Shown here piece by piece: positions 37,356 through 46,401 of a stretch of 64,000 nucleotides of DNA. The position numbers were made by a program, and so were the translations under genes. Origin of the DNA: Thermoanaerobaculia bacterium (GTDB lineage Bacteria; Acidobacteriota; Thermoanaerobaculia; UBA5066); the NCBI GenBank assembly GCA_963719225.1, contig CAVRAY010000001.1:928001-992000 (forward strand), read 5' to 3'. The notes beneath the pieces were generated by a model. That model searched no databases and was not told the DNA's origin. It worked only from the letters and a program-made list of their open reading frames with translations. Every line of letters starts with the position of its first letter. Position 1 is the stretch's first letter.

Positions 37356-38825
37356 CTACGCGAGAGATTTTCCGATGGCCTCACCGCTCGCGATGCGTTC
37401 GCCGAGTGCGATGCCGTCGCGAAACCCCCCGGTGACGCGCAGCGCGCCGGGAGCCACCGCGTCGAGCGCCGCGAGATCCTCCTCGAGCGCTGCAAGCGTG
37501 CGGTGGTGGCCGAGCGGAAGCTGCGGGATCGCCTCCGGCCAGCGCGCGATCCACGAGCGCGCGGCCGGGCCGAGGCGCGGAAAGAAACGCGCGACCTCCG
37601 CGGACGCGACGGCAAGGAGGTCCGCGTCGGGAGCGCCCGCGAGTTCCCGGTCGAGGGCCCCGCCGAGAAACGATGTCGTGAGGACGAAGCCTTCCGGCGC
37701 CCTCCCCGTGAAGAGCGAAGCCGGATAGAGGATGCCGAGAGAGCGGAATCCTTCCACCTGCGGGATGAGCCCGCCGAAACCCTTCGGGGCGTCGCCCGGC
37801 GACGCCGGCGCGCGGTAGGCCTGCATCACCACGGTGACGGGCGAGGACGGCACGAGAGCGAGGGCGGCGGATGAGCGCGTCAGGATGCCGTCGAAGAGCC
37901 GCGCGTCGGCGGGAGCCGAAAGTGTCGACACGAGGACGTCGGCGTCGAAGCCGCGCCCGTCGGCCGTGCGCACGGTCCAGCGGCGCCCAGGCGGGGAGGG
38001 GATGCGCGGCCCTTCGATCTCGACGACGGCCGCGTTCAGCTCCAATTGGAAGCCGGGTCGCTCCCTCAGGCGGCTTTGAAGTGTTTCTATGAGGGTATAA
38101 AGGCCGCCCTCGAAAGTCAGGGTTCGCGCGCGATGGCGCGCGGGGGTTCTTGACGCGCTTCCGGTCGTTGCAACCGCAACATCATCCGCCGCGGCGCCCC
38201 CCGGTGCGCCGCCCTTGCCCTCTATCCCTCTAAGAAAATCTTTCTTCTTCCTCTTTCTAAGAAGCCCCCTTATGACGCTTCCCGCTGCTCCCTCCGCCTC
38301 CCAGAGCCTCGGGAACGCAGATCGCATCGAAAGCGAGCGCGGATCCCCCGCGTAGACGCCGGAAACCATCGGCCCCGCGCCGTAGAGGGCCGCCTCTTCG
38401 CCGAAGCGCCGCGCGAAGAAGGAGTGGACGCTCTCGTCCTCCAGGGACGCCGGGCGGGGCGGAACGAAGGGCTCCTTGAGGAGGCGCAGCTTGCCTTTCA
38501 GCGTGAAGACTCTGTTGAAGAGCGCTGCGGGGCCGGGCACAACGGCGCGAGGCGAGCCGCCGCGCACGATCCAGCGCGGAGCCTTGCCGTCCGCCTTGAC
38601 GGTCCGGGGCTCGAGGCCGAGGCCGGCGAGGAGGCGCTCGGCCGCCTCGGTCGTGCGGAGAGTGTTCGGCCCGCACTCGAGCGTGAACCCGTCCTCGCGG
38701 ATCGTCCGGATCGAGCCGCCCGGCCGCGGACCCGCCTCGAGGATGACGGTTTCGCCGGGGCCCGTGCGCCGGAACGCGACCGAGAGTCCGGCGATTCCTC
38801 CTCCGAGGATCACGACGCGCGTCAC
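37356..38825 (-). CDS. hemY: Protoporphyrinogen/coproporphyrinogen oxidase (HemY type, FAD)
   Basis: GTG start overlaps the hemH stop; 'VVILGGGIAGL', 'ECGPN', 'SGVYAGDP..LS', 'WPEAIPQ'; contains an in-frame insertion near 38130-38280. Confidence 0.88.
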   Translation of the reverse strand: MTRVVILGGGIAGLSVAFRRTGPGETVILEAGPRPGGSIRTIREDGFTLECGPNTLRTTEAAERLLAGLGLEPRTVKADGKAPRWIVRGGSPRAVVPGPAALFNRVFTLKGKLRLLKEPFVPPRPASLEDESVHSFFARRFGEEAALYGAGPMVSGVYAGDPRSLSMRSAFPRLWEAEGAAGSVIRGLLRKRKKKDFLRGIEGKGGAPGGAAADDVAVATTGSASRTPARHRARTLTFEGGLYTLIETLQSRLRERPGFQLELNAAVVEIEGPRIPSPPGRRWTVRTADGRGFDADVLVSTLSAPADARLFDGILTRSSAALALVPSSPVTVVMQAYRAPASPGDAPKGFGGLIPQVEGFRSLGILYPASLFTGRAPEGFVLTTSFLGGALDRELAGAPDADLLAVASAEVARFFPRLGPAARSWIARWPEAIPQLPLGHHRTLAALEEDLAALDAVAPGALRVTGGFRDGIALGERIASGEAIGKSLA

Positions 38826-39811
38826 GCGGCGGCCTTTTCCACGATGTCCGCGAGGCTTCGGATGAACTCCGGATGATCGTTGAGGCCTTCGGCGACGGCG
38901 TAATGCGGGATGCCGAGGCGCGCCGCCTCCTCGCCGAAGAGCATCCGGATCTCGTACAGCGTCTCGACGTGGTCCGAGACGAAAGCGACCGGGACGACGA
39001 GCACCTGCTTCTCGCCCGCCTTCGCGAGGTCCGCGAGGACGTCGGGGGTCGAAGGGCCGAGCCATTCGACGGGCCCGACCTTCGACTGGTAGCCGAGTCG
39101 CGACCGGTAGCGGTTCCCGAGCGCCGCGTCGATCAACCGGACGGTGTCCTCGATGTGGCCGGGGTAGGGATCCTTCTCTTTCGTGACGGTCTTGACGGGC
39201 AGCGAGTGCGCCGAATAGAGGACCACGGTCCGTCCGGGATCCTGGTCCGGCAGCCGTGCGACCGCGGCAAGGATGCGGTCCACGTGCGCCGCGATGAAGC
39301 CCGGCTCGTCGTACCACGCATCGGGCGCGTTCCGGCGTTCGGGCGCCCAGCCCATCGCCGCGAGCGCGCGCGACGTGCGCGTGAACGAGCCGCGTGTCGT
39401 CGTCACGGAGTACTGGGGATAGAGCGGCAGAACGAGGAGCCGCGTGGCCCCGGCGGCGCGCAGCTCATCGAGAGCGTTCTCCACCGTGGGCGCCGAGCAC
39501 GTCATGCCGACGCGCACGGCAGGCGCGGGCGCACCTGCTTCCCGCCGCGCGGCCAGCGCCTCTTCGAGCAGGCGGGCCTGCGTCTCCGACCAGCGTCGGA
39601 TCGGCGACCATCCGATGCGCTCGTAGATGACAGCGGACTGAGGCGCGCGCAGCGTCGCGATCGTCCACGCCACGAGCTTCCTGAGCGGCGCGAACCGGAT
39701 GTTCAGGATCTCGGGATCCACGAACAGCTCGTACAGAAATGGCTTGAGCTCCTCGTGCCGCTCCGGCCCCCCGAGCTGGACGAGGAGGACGCCCAGCTTC
39801 TCGCCGCTCAC
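38822..39811 (-). CDS. hemH: Ferrochelatase
   Basis: 'GVLLVQLGGP', 'LPLYPQYSVTT', 'SAHSLP', 'YQSKVGPVEWLGP', 'FVSDHVETLYEI'; GTG start overlaps the hemN stop. Confidence 0.95.
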   Translation of the reverse strand: MSGEKLGVLLVQLGGPERHEELKPFLYELFVDPEILNIRFAPLRKLVAWTIATLRAPQSAVIYERIGWSPIRRWSETQARLLEEALAARREAGAPAPAVRVGMTCSAPTVENALDELRAAGATRLLVLPLYPQYSVTTTRGSFTRTSRALAAMGWAPERRNAPDAWYDEPGFIAAHVDRILAAVARLPDQDPGRTVVLYSAHSLPVKTVTKEKDPYPGHIEDTVRLIDAALGNRYRSRLGYQSKVGPVEWLGPSTPDVLADLAKAGEKQVLVVPVAFVSDHVETLYEIRMLFGEEAARLGIPHYAVAEGLNDHPEFIRSLADIVEKAAA

Positions 39812-41235
39812 AGCGTCCGCGAAAAGATCTTCGGCGCGTCGGGGGCCTTCTGCTCGAGGTACGCGTCGAAGAGCATCGCGACGTTGCGGATGAAGATCCT
39901 GCCGAGCGTGGTCACGCGGATCTCGTCCGGCGTCAGCTCGACCATTCCGTCCGCGACGAACTCGGGAAGCCGGGCGATCGCCGAGGCGAAGGTCTCGTCG
40001 AACGAACGGAGGGAGTACGCGCGCTCGATCGCGCGCTTGTCGATGACGCAGTGGCAGAGGAGTCGCGTGATGACGTCGCGCCTCAGGAAGTCGTCGGCCG
40101 TGAGCCGGTGCCCCTTGACGGTCGAGAAGCGCCCCTCCTCCGTCGCCTGGTGGTAGAGGCCGTAGTCTTTCGTGTTCTGCACGTACGTGTCGTCGATCGA
40201 GCCGATCGCCGAGACGCCGAGCCCGTAGAGGTCGCAGCCGGCGTGCGTCGTGTAGCCCTGGAAGTTGCGATGGAGGGTGCGGTCCTTCTGCGCCTTGACG
40301 ATCTCGTCGTGCGGCAGCGCGAAGTGGTCCATGCCGATGTACGTGTAGCCCGCCGCCGTGAAGCGCTCGATGCCGGAGACGAAGATCGCGAACTTCTCCG
40401 TGCCTTCCGGCAGGTGCGCCGCGAGGACGCGCTGCGGCCGCTTGAGCCACGGCACGTGCGCGTAGGAGTACATCGCGACGCGGTCCGGGTGCAGCGAGAT
40501 GATCTGCTCGACGCTCTTCTCGAAGCCCGCCCTCTTCTGGCCGGGAAGGCCGTAGATCATGTCGAGGTTCACGGAGGCGTAGCCGAGATCTCGGGCGGCC
40601 TCGACGAGCGCCTTCGTCATCTCGAAGGGCTGGATGCGGTTCACGAGCTCCTGCACCTCGGGGTCGAAGTCCTGGACGCCCATCGACACGCGATTGAAGC
40701 CGCGGTTCCTGAGGACGGCGAGGTGCTCCGGCGTCGTGACGCGCGGATCCACCTCGACGGAGACTTCCGCGTCCCCGGCGGGCCGGAACGTCTCGAGAAG
40801 ATGCTGCGCGAGCCGGTCCGCCTGCTTCGGCGTGAGGTACGTCGGCGTGCCGCCGCCCCAGTGGACCTGCTTGATCGCGCGCGCGCCGTCGAGGTGCGAC
40901 GCGAGGATGTCGATCTCGCGATGGACGTCCGCGAGGTAGGGCTCGATCTCCTCGCGCGCGTCGCTTCCGCGGTCGGGTTTCGGGACGACCTTCATGAAGC
41001 AGCCGCAGAACCAGCATTGCTCGTCGCAGAAGGGGAGATGGACGTAGAGGGAGACGGGCGACCCCTTCGCATCCGCGCGCGCGCAGGCGGCCTCGCAGTC
41101 GGCGGGGGACGAGTCGGTCCACTCCGGGGCGGTCGGATACGACGTGTAGCGCGGGCCCTGGACGTTGTATTTCTCGAGCAGCTCCGTCGTCATCGGGAGC
41201 GTCTCGCCGTGGAGCCGGATCGGGATTGCCGTCAC
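39808..41235 (-). CDS. hemN: Oxygen-independent coproporphyrinogen III oxidase (radical SAM)
   Basis: 'GPRYTSYPTA', 'YVHLPFCDEQCWFCGC', 'HWGGGTPT', 'RNFQGY'. Confidence 0.96.
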   Translation of the reverse strand: MTAIPIRLHGETLPMTTELLEKYNVQGPRYTSYPTAPEWTDSSPADCEAACARADAKGSPVSLYVHLPFCDEQCWFCGCFMKVVPKPDRGSDAREEIEPYLADVHREIDILASHLDGARAIKQVHWGGGTPTYLTPKQADRLAQHLLETFRPAGDAEVSVEVDPRVTTPEHLAVLRNRGFNRVSMGVQDFDPEVQELVNRIQPFEMTKALVEAARDLGYASVNLDMIYGLPGQKRAGFEKSVEQIISLHPDRVAMYSYAHVPWLKRPQRVLAAHLPEGTEKFAIFVSGIERFTAAGYTYIGMDHFALPHDEIVKAQKDRTLHRNFQGYTTHAGCDLYGLGVSAIGSIDDTYVQNTKDYGLYHQATEEGRFSTVKGHRLTADDFLRRDVITRLLCHCVIDKRAIERAYSLRSFDETFASAIARLPEFVADGMVELTPDEIRVTTLGRIFIRNVAMLFDAYLEQKAPDAPKIFSRTL

Positions 41236-41308
41236 GCGCGCGAGGTTAGCACCGCCCGCGACGGCGTCTCATCTTGCAATTGCATCAGGCGAGCGAGGCG
41301 AGTGGGTG

Positions 41309-42352
41309 CTAGCCGAGCGGCGCGCGTGCGGCCGCGACGAACGCGGCGACGTTCTCGGGCGGCGTGGGCGGGAGGATGCCGTGGCCCAGGTTCACGATGT
41401 GGCCGACGGGGCCGGCCGCGCGGCGCGCGGCGAACACGGCCTCCTTCACGGCATCGGGCGTTCCGAGGAGGACGCCGGGATCGACGTTCCCCTGCAGCGC
41501 CTTTCCGTTCGCGCGCACCCGCGCCTCGTCGAGCGGAAGCTTCCAGTCGATGGAGAGGACGTCGACCGGCATCCCGGCGAACGAGTCGATGAGATGCGCC
41601 GAGCCCGACGCGAAGAGGATGACCGGCACCTGCGACCGGCGCGGCAGGTGCGACACGAGCCGCTCGGTCGCGGGACGCGCAAAGCGGTCGTAGTCGGCGC
41701 GCGAGAGCTCGCCCGCCCACGAGTCGAAGACCTGGACGACGTCGGCGCCGGCCTCGATCTGCGCGGCGAGGTACTTGCCGCACGCGTCGGCGAGCTTCGC
41801 GAGGAGCTCTTCGAGCACTTTCGGCTCGCGATGCATCATCGCCTTGACCGTCGGAAACGACTTCGACGAGCCACCCTCGACCGCGTACGTCGCGAGCGTC
41901 CAGGGCGCCCCGCAGAACCCGATCGTGGCCGCCGAATCGTGGAGGACCCTCTTGAGGCCGCGGTGAATCTCCGTCACGAACACGGTCTCGACGTTCGGAT
42001 CGAAATCGTGGAGCTTCGCGACGTCCTCGGCCGTGCGAACCGGATTCGGGAGCTGCGGTCCTCCCTCGTCGAGACGGACCTCGAGTCCCATCGGCGGAAG
42101 AGGAATCAGAATGTCGGAAAAAAAGACCACGCCGTCCATTCCGAAACGCCGGAAAGGCTGCAGCGAGACCTCGATGGCGGCCGGGACGTCCGCACACAAC
42201 TCCAGGAACTTGAGCCGCTTCCGGACCTCGCGGTATTCGGGCAGGTAGCGCCCGGCCTGCCGCATGAGCCAGACCGGAGAAAAATCCGTCGGGCGGCCGA
42301 AGGCGGCGTCGACGAAGCGCCGTCGGGAGGGAGCCGTCAGGGTCGTCGGCAT
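41309..42352 (-). CDS. hemE: Uroporphyrinogen decarboxylase
   Basis: 'PVWLMRQAGRYLPEY', 'FSDIL', 'GAPWTLATY', 'FDSW', 'NLGHGI'. Confidence 0.97.
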   Translation of the reverse strand: MPTTLTAPSRRRFVDAAFGRPTDFSPVWLMRQAGRYLPEYREVRKRLKFLELCADVPAAIEVSLQPFRRFGMDGVVFFSDILIPLPPMGLEVRLDEGGPQLPNPVRTAEDVAKLHDFDPNVETVFVTEIHRGLKRVLHDSAATIGFCGAPWTLATYAVEGGSSKSFPTVKAMMHREPKVLEELLAKLADACGKYLAAQIEAGADVVQVFDSWAGELSRADYDRFARPATERLVSHLPRRSQVPVILFASGSAHLIDSFAGMPVDVLSIDWKLPLDEARVRANGKALQGNVDPGVLLGTPDAVKEAVFAARRAAGPVGHIVNLGHGILPPTPPENVAAFVAAARAPLG

Positions 42353-42378
42353 CGCGCGGGAGGTTAGCATCGCGCCAT

Positions 42379-42393
42379 GTGACGGTTCGTCAC
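42379..42393. promoter_or_regulatory. Palindromic operator candidate between the divergent hemE and ccsA-hemA promoters
   Basis: GTGACG-gtt-CGTCAC lying between the -10 boxes TAACCT (42361-42366, minus) and TATAAT (42438-42443, plus). Confidence 0.45.
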
Positions 42394-42450
42394 GTCCCTG
42401 ATGCATCCGCACTGACTCGTCGGCGGGCCCGGATTCCTATAATCGTCGCT

Positions 42451-43293
42451 GTGACCGGGGCCGCGCAGATCGCTTCGACTCTGGGATGGGTGGCCCTCGT
42501 CGCATACGCTCTTTCGGCGGTCCTCTACACGACGTCCCTCTTCCGGACGGCCGCGTGGATCGGGCGCTCGGCGACGGCCTTCGCGGTCCTCGGCGCCGTC
42601 TGCAACTTCGGCACGCTCTACGCGCGCTCGCTCGCGCTCCACACCGTGCCGTACCGCGACCTCCTCGGCTCCATGAAGCTGTTCGGCTTCTTCCTGGCCG
42701 TGCTGAACATCGTGCTCGAGCTCCGTCACAAGGACCGCTCGCTTGGGCCCTTCCTCATGCCCGCGGCGCTCGTGTTCCTCCTCCTCGCGGTGGTCCAGAC
42801 GACGCCCGTCCACAAGGACGCGCCGGAGCTGAAGGGCCCGGTCTTCGCGCTCCACGTGACGCTCAACATGCTCGCGTACGCGGCGTTCGCGGTGGCCTGC
42901 GCGCTCTCCCTGCTCTACGTCGTCGTGGGACGCTCGCTCAAGAAGCGCGCCTTGACGGGCGCCGCTTCGCGGCTCCCGAGCCTGTCGTACCTCGAGCGCG
43001 CGAACCGCACGTCGCTTTCCCTCGGCATCCTCGCGCTGGCGGTGGGACTCCTCCTCGGCCTTTTCTGGGCGTCGCGCATGTGGAAAGGGGAGCACCCGCT
43101 CTGGGCGCTCGACCCGAAGATCTGGTTCGCTCTCGCGACGCTCGCGTTCTACGTTTTCGTTCTCGTGCGGGCGCGCCGGGGCGCGGCGCCCGTCTCGACC
43201 GCCCGTCTCTCGATCGCCGGGTTCGTGCTCGTCCTCGTGTCCTACACGGCCGTCAACCTCCTCGTCAGCAAGCTGCACGACTTCACCTCATGA
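42451..43293 (+). CDS. CcsA/HemX-family cytochrome c assembly or heme-handling membrane protein
   Basis: About 8 TM segments, 'FALHV', 'LPSLSYLER', WWD-like 'WASRMW...WALDPK', C-terminal 'LHDF'; GTG start 7 nt after TATAAT. Confidence 0.8.
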   Translation: MTGAAQIASTLGWVALVAYALSAVLYTTSLFRTAAWIGRSATAFAVLGAVCNFGTLYARSLALHTVPYRDLLGSMKLFGFFLAVLNIVLELRHKDRSLGPFLMPAALVFLLLAVVQTTPVHKDAPELKGPVFALHVTLNMLAYAAFAVACALSLLYVVVGRSLKKRALTGAASRLPSLSYLERANRTSLSLGILALAVGLLLGLFWASRMWKGEHPLWALDPKIWFALATLAFYVFVLVRARRGAAPVSTARLSIAGFVLVLVSYTAVNLLVSKLHDFTS

Positions 43294-44561
43294 ACCTGCT
43301 CTTCGTCGGATGGGACCATCGCGCCGCTCCTCTCGATCTGAGAGAGAGACTCGCGTTCACGCCGGAGAAGGCGCGCGAGGCGCTCGCAGGGCTCTTCGAG
43401 GAGCACATCCTGTCCGAGGGCGCGATCGTGTCCACGTGTAACCGCGCGGAGATCTACGGGATGTCCGACCGCGAGGACGGGCTCGACGCGCTCGCGGGAT
43501 TCTTCTCGCGGTTCCACCGCGTGGATGACGCGCTGCTGCGCCGCACGGCGCTCTCGGGCCACGGCGACGCGACGATCAGGCACCTCTTCCGCGTCGCCGC
43601 GGGCCTCGACTCGATGGTCCTGGGCGAGGCGCAGATCCTCGGTCAGATCCGCGAGGCGCACCGCCTCGCGACGGCCGCGGGCACGGTGCGCACCGTGACG
43701 AACCGGCTGTTCATGAGCGCGCTCGAATGCGGCAAGCGCGTGCGCGCCGAGACGGCGCTCGGACAGAAGCCGACGTCCGTCGCGGGTCTCGCGCTCCTCC
43801 TCGCCGGGCGCATCTTCGAGTCTCTCAGGGACCGGAAAGTTCTCCTGATCGGCGCCGGGGAGACGGCCGAGCTCACGGCGCGGCTTCTCGCCGACGCCGG
43901 TGTCTCGGAGGTTCTCGTCGTGAACCGCTCGCACGAAAACGGCGAGGCCCTCGCCGCGGCCATTCACGGCCGTGCGGTGCGGTGGGAAGACCGCGCCCGG
44001 GCGGCGGCTTCCGTCGACCTCGTCCTCTCGGCCACGAACGCGACCGAGCCCGTTCTCACCGAAGGAGCGCTGCGCACCGCGCTCCATGCCACGCCGCGCC
44101 GCGGCCCGCTCCTCGTCCTCGACCTCGCCGTGCCGCGCGACGTCGAGCCCGAGGTCGGCGAGCTCTCCGACGTCTACCGGTACGATCTCGACTCCCTCCA
44201 GGAGATGGCGGACGTGAACGCGCGGGCGCGCTCGGGCGAGGTGCCCCGTGCCGAGGAGATCGTCGAGGAGTGCGTCCGGAGGTTCCAGGAGTGGTGGGGC
44301 GGACTCCTGCAGGGCGACGTCGTGCGCGGCCTGAGGGAGAAGCTCGAGACCATCCGGCGCTCCGAGCTCGAGAAGCACGCCGGAAAGCTCTCCGCGCTGG
44401 ACCCGTCCGCGCGGGCCGCCGTCGAGCGCCTCACGGAAACCCTCGTGGCCCACATCCTCCACGACCCGACGGTCGGCTTGAAGGAAGGGGACGGCTCCGA
44501 TCGCCTCGAGCGCGCCGCGGCCGTGCGCGCGCTTTTCCGCCTCGACGAGAGGCCGAAATGA
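43290..44561 (+). CDS. hemA: Glutamyl-tRNA reductase
   Basis: 'VSTCNRAEIY', 'HLFRVAAGLDSMVLGEAQILGQ', 'IGAGE', 'DLAVPRDVE'; ATGA overlap with the upstream gene. Confidence 0.96.
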   Translation: MNLLFVGWDHRAAPLDLRERLAFTPEKAREALAGLFEEHILSEGAIVSTCNRAEIYGMSDREDGLDALAGFFSRFHRVDDALLRRTALSGHGDATIRHLFRVAAGLDSMVLGEAQILGQIREAHRLATAAGTVRTVTNRLFMSALECGKRVRAETALGQKPTSVAGLALLLAGRIFESLRDRKVLLIGAGETAELTARLLADAGVSEVLVVNRSHENGEALAAAIHGRAVRWEDRARAAASVDLVLSATNATEPVLTEGALRTALHATPRRGPLLVLDLAVPRDVEPEVGELSDVYRYDLDSLQEMADVNARARSGEVPRAEEIVEECVRRFQEWWGGLLQGDVVRGLREKLETIRRSELEKHAGKLSALDPSARAAVERLTETLVAHILHDPTVGLKEGDGSDRLERAAAVRALFRLDERPK

Positions 44562-45628
44562 CCACGGCCACGGCCACGCGGCCGCTTCGGATGGGCACGC
44601 GGGCGAGCGCGCTGGCACGCACGCAGTCGGGCGCCTTCGCGTCCGAGCTGTCGCTCCTTTCGGGGCGCCCCGTCGAGACGGTCGTCATCCGCACCCAGGG
44701 CGACCAGCTCTCGAGCGAGGGCAAGGCTCCGCCCGGCGGCGACGCCGCCGGCGTTTTCGTCCGCGCGCTCGACGAGGCGCTTCTCAGGAACGAGATCGAC
44801 TTCGCGGTCCATTCCCTGAAGGACGTGCCGACGGTCGTCACCGCCGGCATCGTCCTCGCCGCCGTGCCGGAGCGCGCCGACCCGCGCGATGCATTCGTCG
44901 TCGCCTCGCGCCACCGGGGCGTGACGTCGGTGGGAGGGCTTCCGCCCGGGGCGCGCATCGCCACGTCGTCGCCCCGTCGCGTGTCGCAGCTCCTCAGGAT
45001 CCGGCCCGACCTCGTGATGGTCGCGATGGCCGGCAACGTCGACACACGCCTCCAGCGCCTCGAAGAGGGCCGCGCCGACGCGCTGATCCTCGCCTGCGCG
45101 GGTCTCGACCGGCTCGGCAGGGGAGGCGTCATCACGCGCCGGCTCGAGCCGGACGAGATGATCGGCGCGCCGGCGCAAGGTGCGCTCGGAATCAGCTGCC
45201 GGGCGGACGACGAGGAAACGAGGAAGATTTTGCTGAAGATGGAGGACCCCGCCGCACGAGTAACCGCCTCGGTGGAGCGCGACCTTCTGCAATTTCTGAG
45301 AGGGGGATGTCGGGCGCCTGTCGGCGCGCGAGGATTCTTGGAAGGGGAAGAAGGCAGCCGCACGCTGAAGCTCGTGGGCCGCGTTCTGTCGCTCGACGGG
45401 CGCGAATGCCTCGAAGAGGAGCTGAGCGAACCATTCGCGCAGCCGTCTGCGACTGCCACGACCTCTCCCTCTTCCCCTTCTAAGAAATCCCCCTCTTCCT
45501 CTTCTCCTTACGAGCAGTCTTTCTCTTCTTCTTCTTCTACTTCTCTCGGCCGCGTCCTCGCCGAGCGCCTTCTCGCGCGCGGCGCCGCGCGACTCATCGA
45601 CGCAGCGCGCGAGCGGGCTTCGGGGTGA
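44558..45628 (+). CDS. hemC: Hydroxymethylbilane synthase (porphobilinogen deaminase)
   Basis: 'GTRASALARTQ', 'DFAVHSLKDVP', 'TSSPRR', 'GNVDTRL', 'GGCRAPVG'; Ser-rich insertion near the C-terminus. Confidence 0.95.
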   Translation: MTTATATRPLRMGTRASALARTQSGAFASELSLLSGRPVETVVIRTQGDQLSSEGKAPPGGDAAGVFVRALDEALLRNEIDFAVHSLKDVPTVVTAGIVLAAVPERADPRDAFVVASRHRGVTSVGGLPPGARIATSSPRRVSQLLRIRPDLVMVAMAGNVDTRLQRLEEGRADALILACAGLDRLGRGGVITRRLEPDEMIGAPAQGALGISCRADDEETRKILLKMEDPAARVTASVERDLLQFLRGGCRAPVGARGFLEGEEGSRTLKLVGRVLSLDGRECLEEELSEPFAQPSATATTSPSSPSKKSPSSSSPYEQSFSSSSSTSLGRVLAERLLARGAARLIDAARERASG

Positions 45629-46401
45629 GCGGCAGGATCCTCCTACTTCGCTCCGGTTCCGCCGGATCCGAAGACGCCCAGGCCTCGGACGTGACCGTCC
45701 TCTATACCCATACCGTCGTGCCGCGTCCCGAGGGCATCGCGGAGGCGCTCGCGTTCGACGCGCGTGGTGCGACGCTCGTGATCTCCTCGAAGGAGGCCGT
45801 CAACTATCTGCTCCCTCTCTTCCGTGCTCCCTTCGCGCAGATGCTGGCGGTCGGGAAAGGCACCGGGGAATTGCTTAGAAGGGTGAATACGGGCGGCCCT
45901 CTCGGCGGCACTTCCGGCGAAGCATCAACCTACAGTGGGGCTTCGGACACGCAGATCGTCGTTCCGGAAATTCCCGGAGCCGCAGGTGTCATTCACTTCC
46001 TCAGAAACTCTTCCGTGCCCTCCCTCATGCGCATCCTCTGGCCGCACGGCTCCGACGCGGCGCCTGAGCCGCTGGAGCAGGTCCGCGCGCTCGGCATCCG
46101 GCTCGTCGCTCCCGTCGTCTACGAAAAACGTCCTCTCTCTTCCGCCGAGCTGAATCCTTCGATCCTGTCGGATTTTCGAGCCGGCCGGTTCGGGGCCGTC
46201 GCCGTGGGCTCGACGGCGGGCCTCGACGTCCTGCTCGCCGCCCTGGCTCTCAAGCCCGCGCCGCTTTCGAAAGTAAGATGGGGCGCTCTCGGGCCCGAGA
46301 CCGCGAAAGCCGTCACGGCTCGGGGGCTCCCGACGCCCGGGATTCCCGCGCACGCGCGCGTCGCCGAACTCCTGGACCTCCTGCGGAAGGAAACACGATG
46401 A
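45625..46401 (+). CDS. hemD: Uroporphyrinogen-III synthase (divergent)
   Basis: Position between hemC and hemB; 'SSKEAV', 'AVGKGT', 'VVYE', 'GST', 'ALGPETAKAV'. Confidence 0.75.
   Translation: MSGRILLLRSGSAGSEDAQASDVTVLYTHTVVPRPEGIAEALAFDARGATLVISSKEAVNYLLPLFRAPFAQMLAVGKGTGELLRRVNTGGPLGGTSGEASTYSGASDTQIVVPEIPGAAGVIHFLRNSSVPSLMRILWPHGSDAAPEPLEQVRALGIRLVAPVVYEKRPLSSAELNPSILSDFRAGRFGAVAVGSTAGLDVLLAALALKPAPLSKVRWGALGPETAKAVTARGLPTPGIPAHARVAELLDLLRKETR

Noticed and set aside
37356-44561. Apparent long N-terminal fusions on hemY, hemH and hemA (also hemC and kynU) in the ORF track
   Set aside because: The extensions are out-of-frame read-through of upstream genes; true starts overlap the upstream stop codons (GTGA, ATGA, TTGA)
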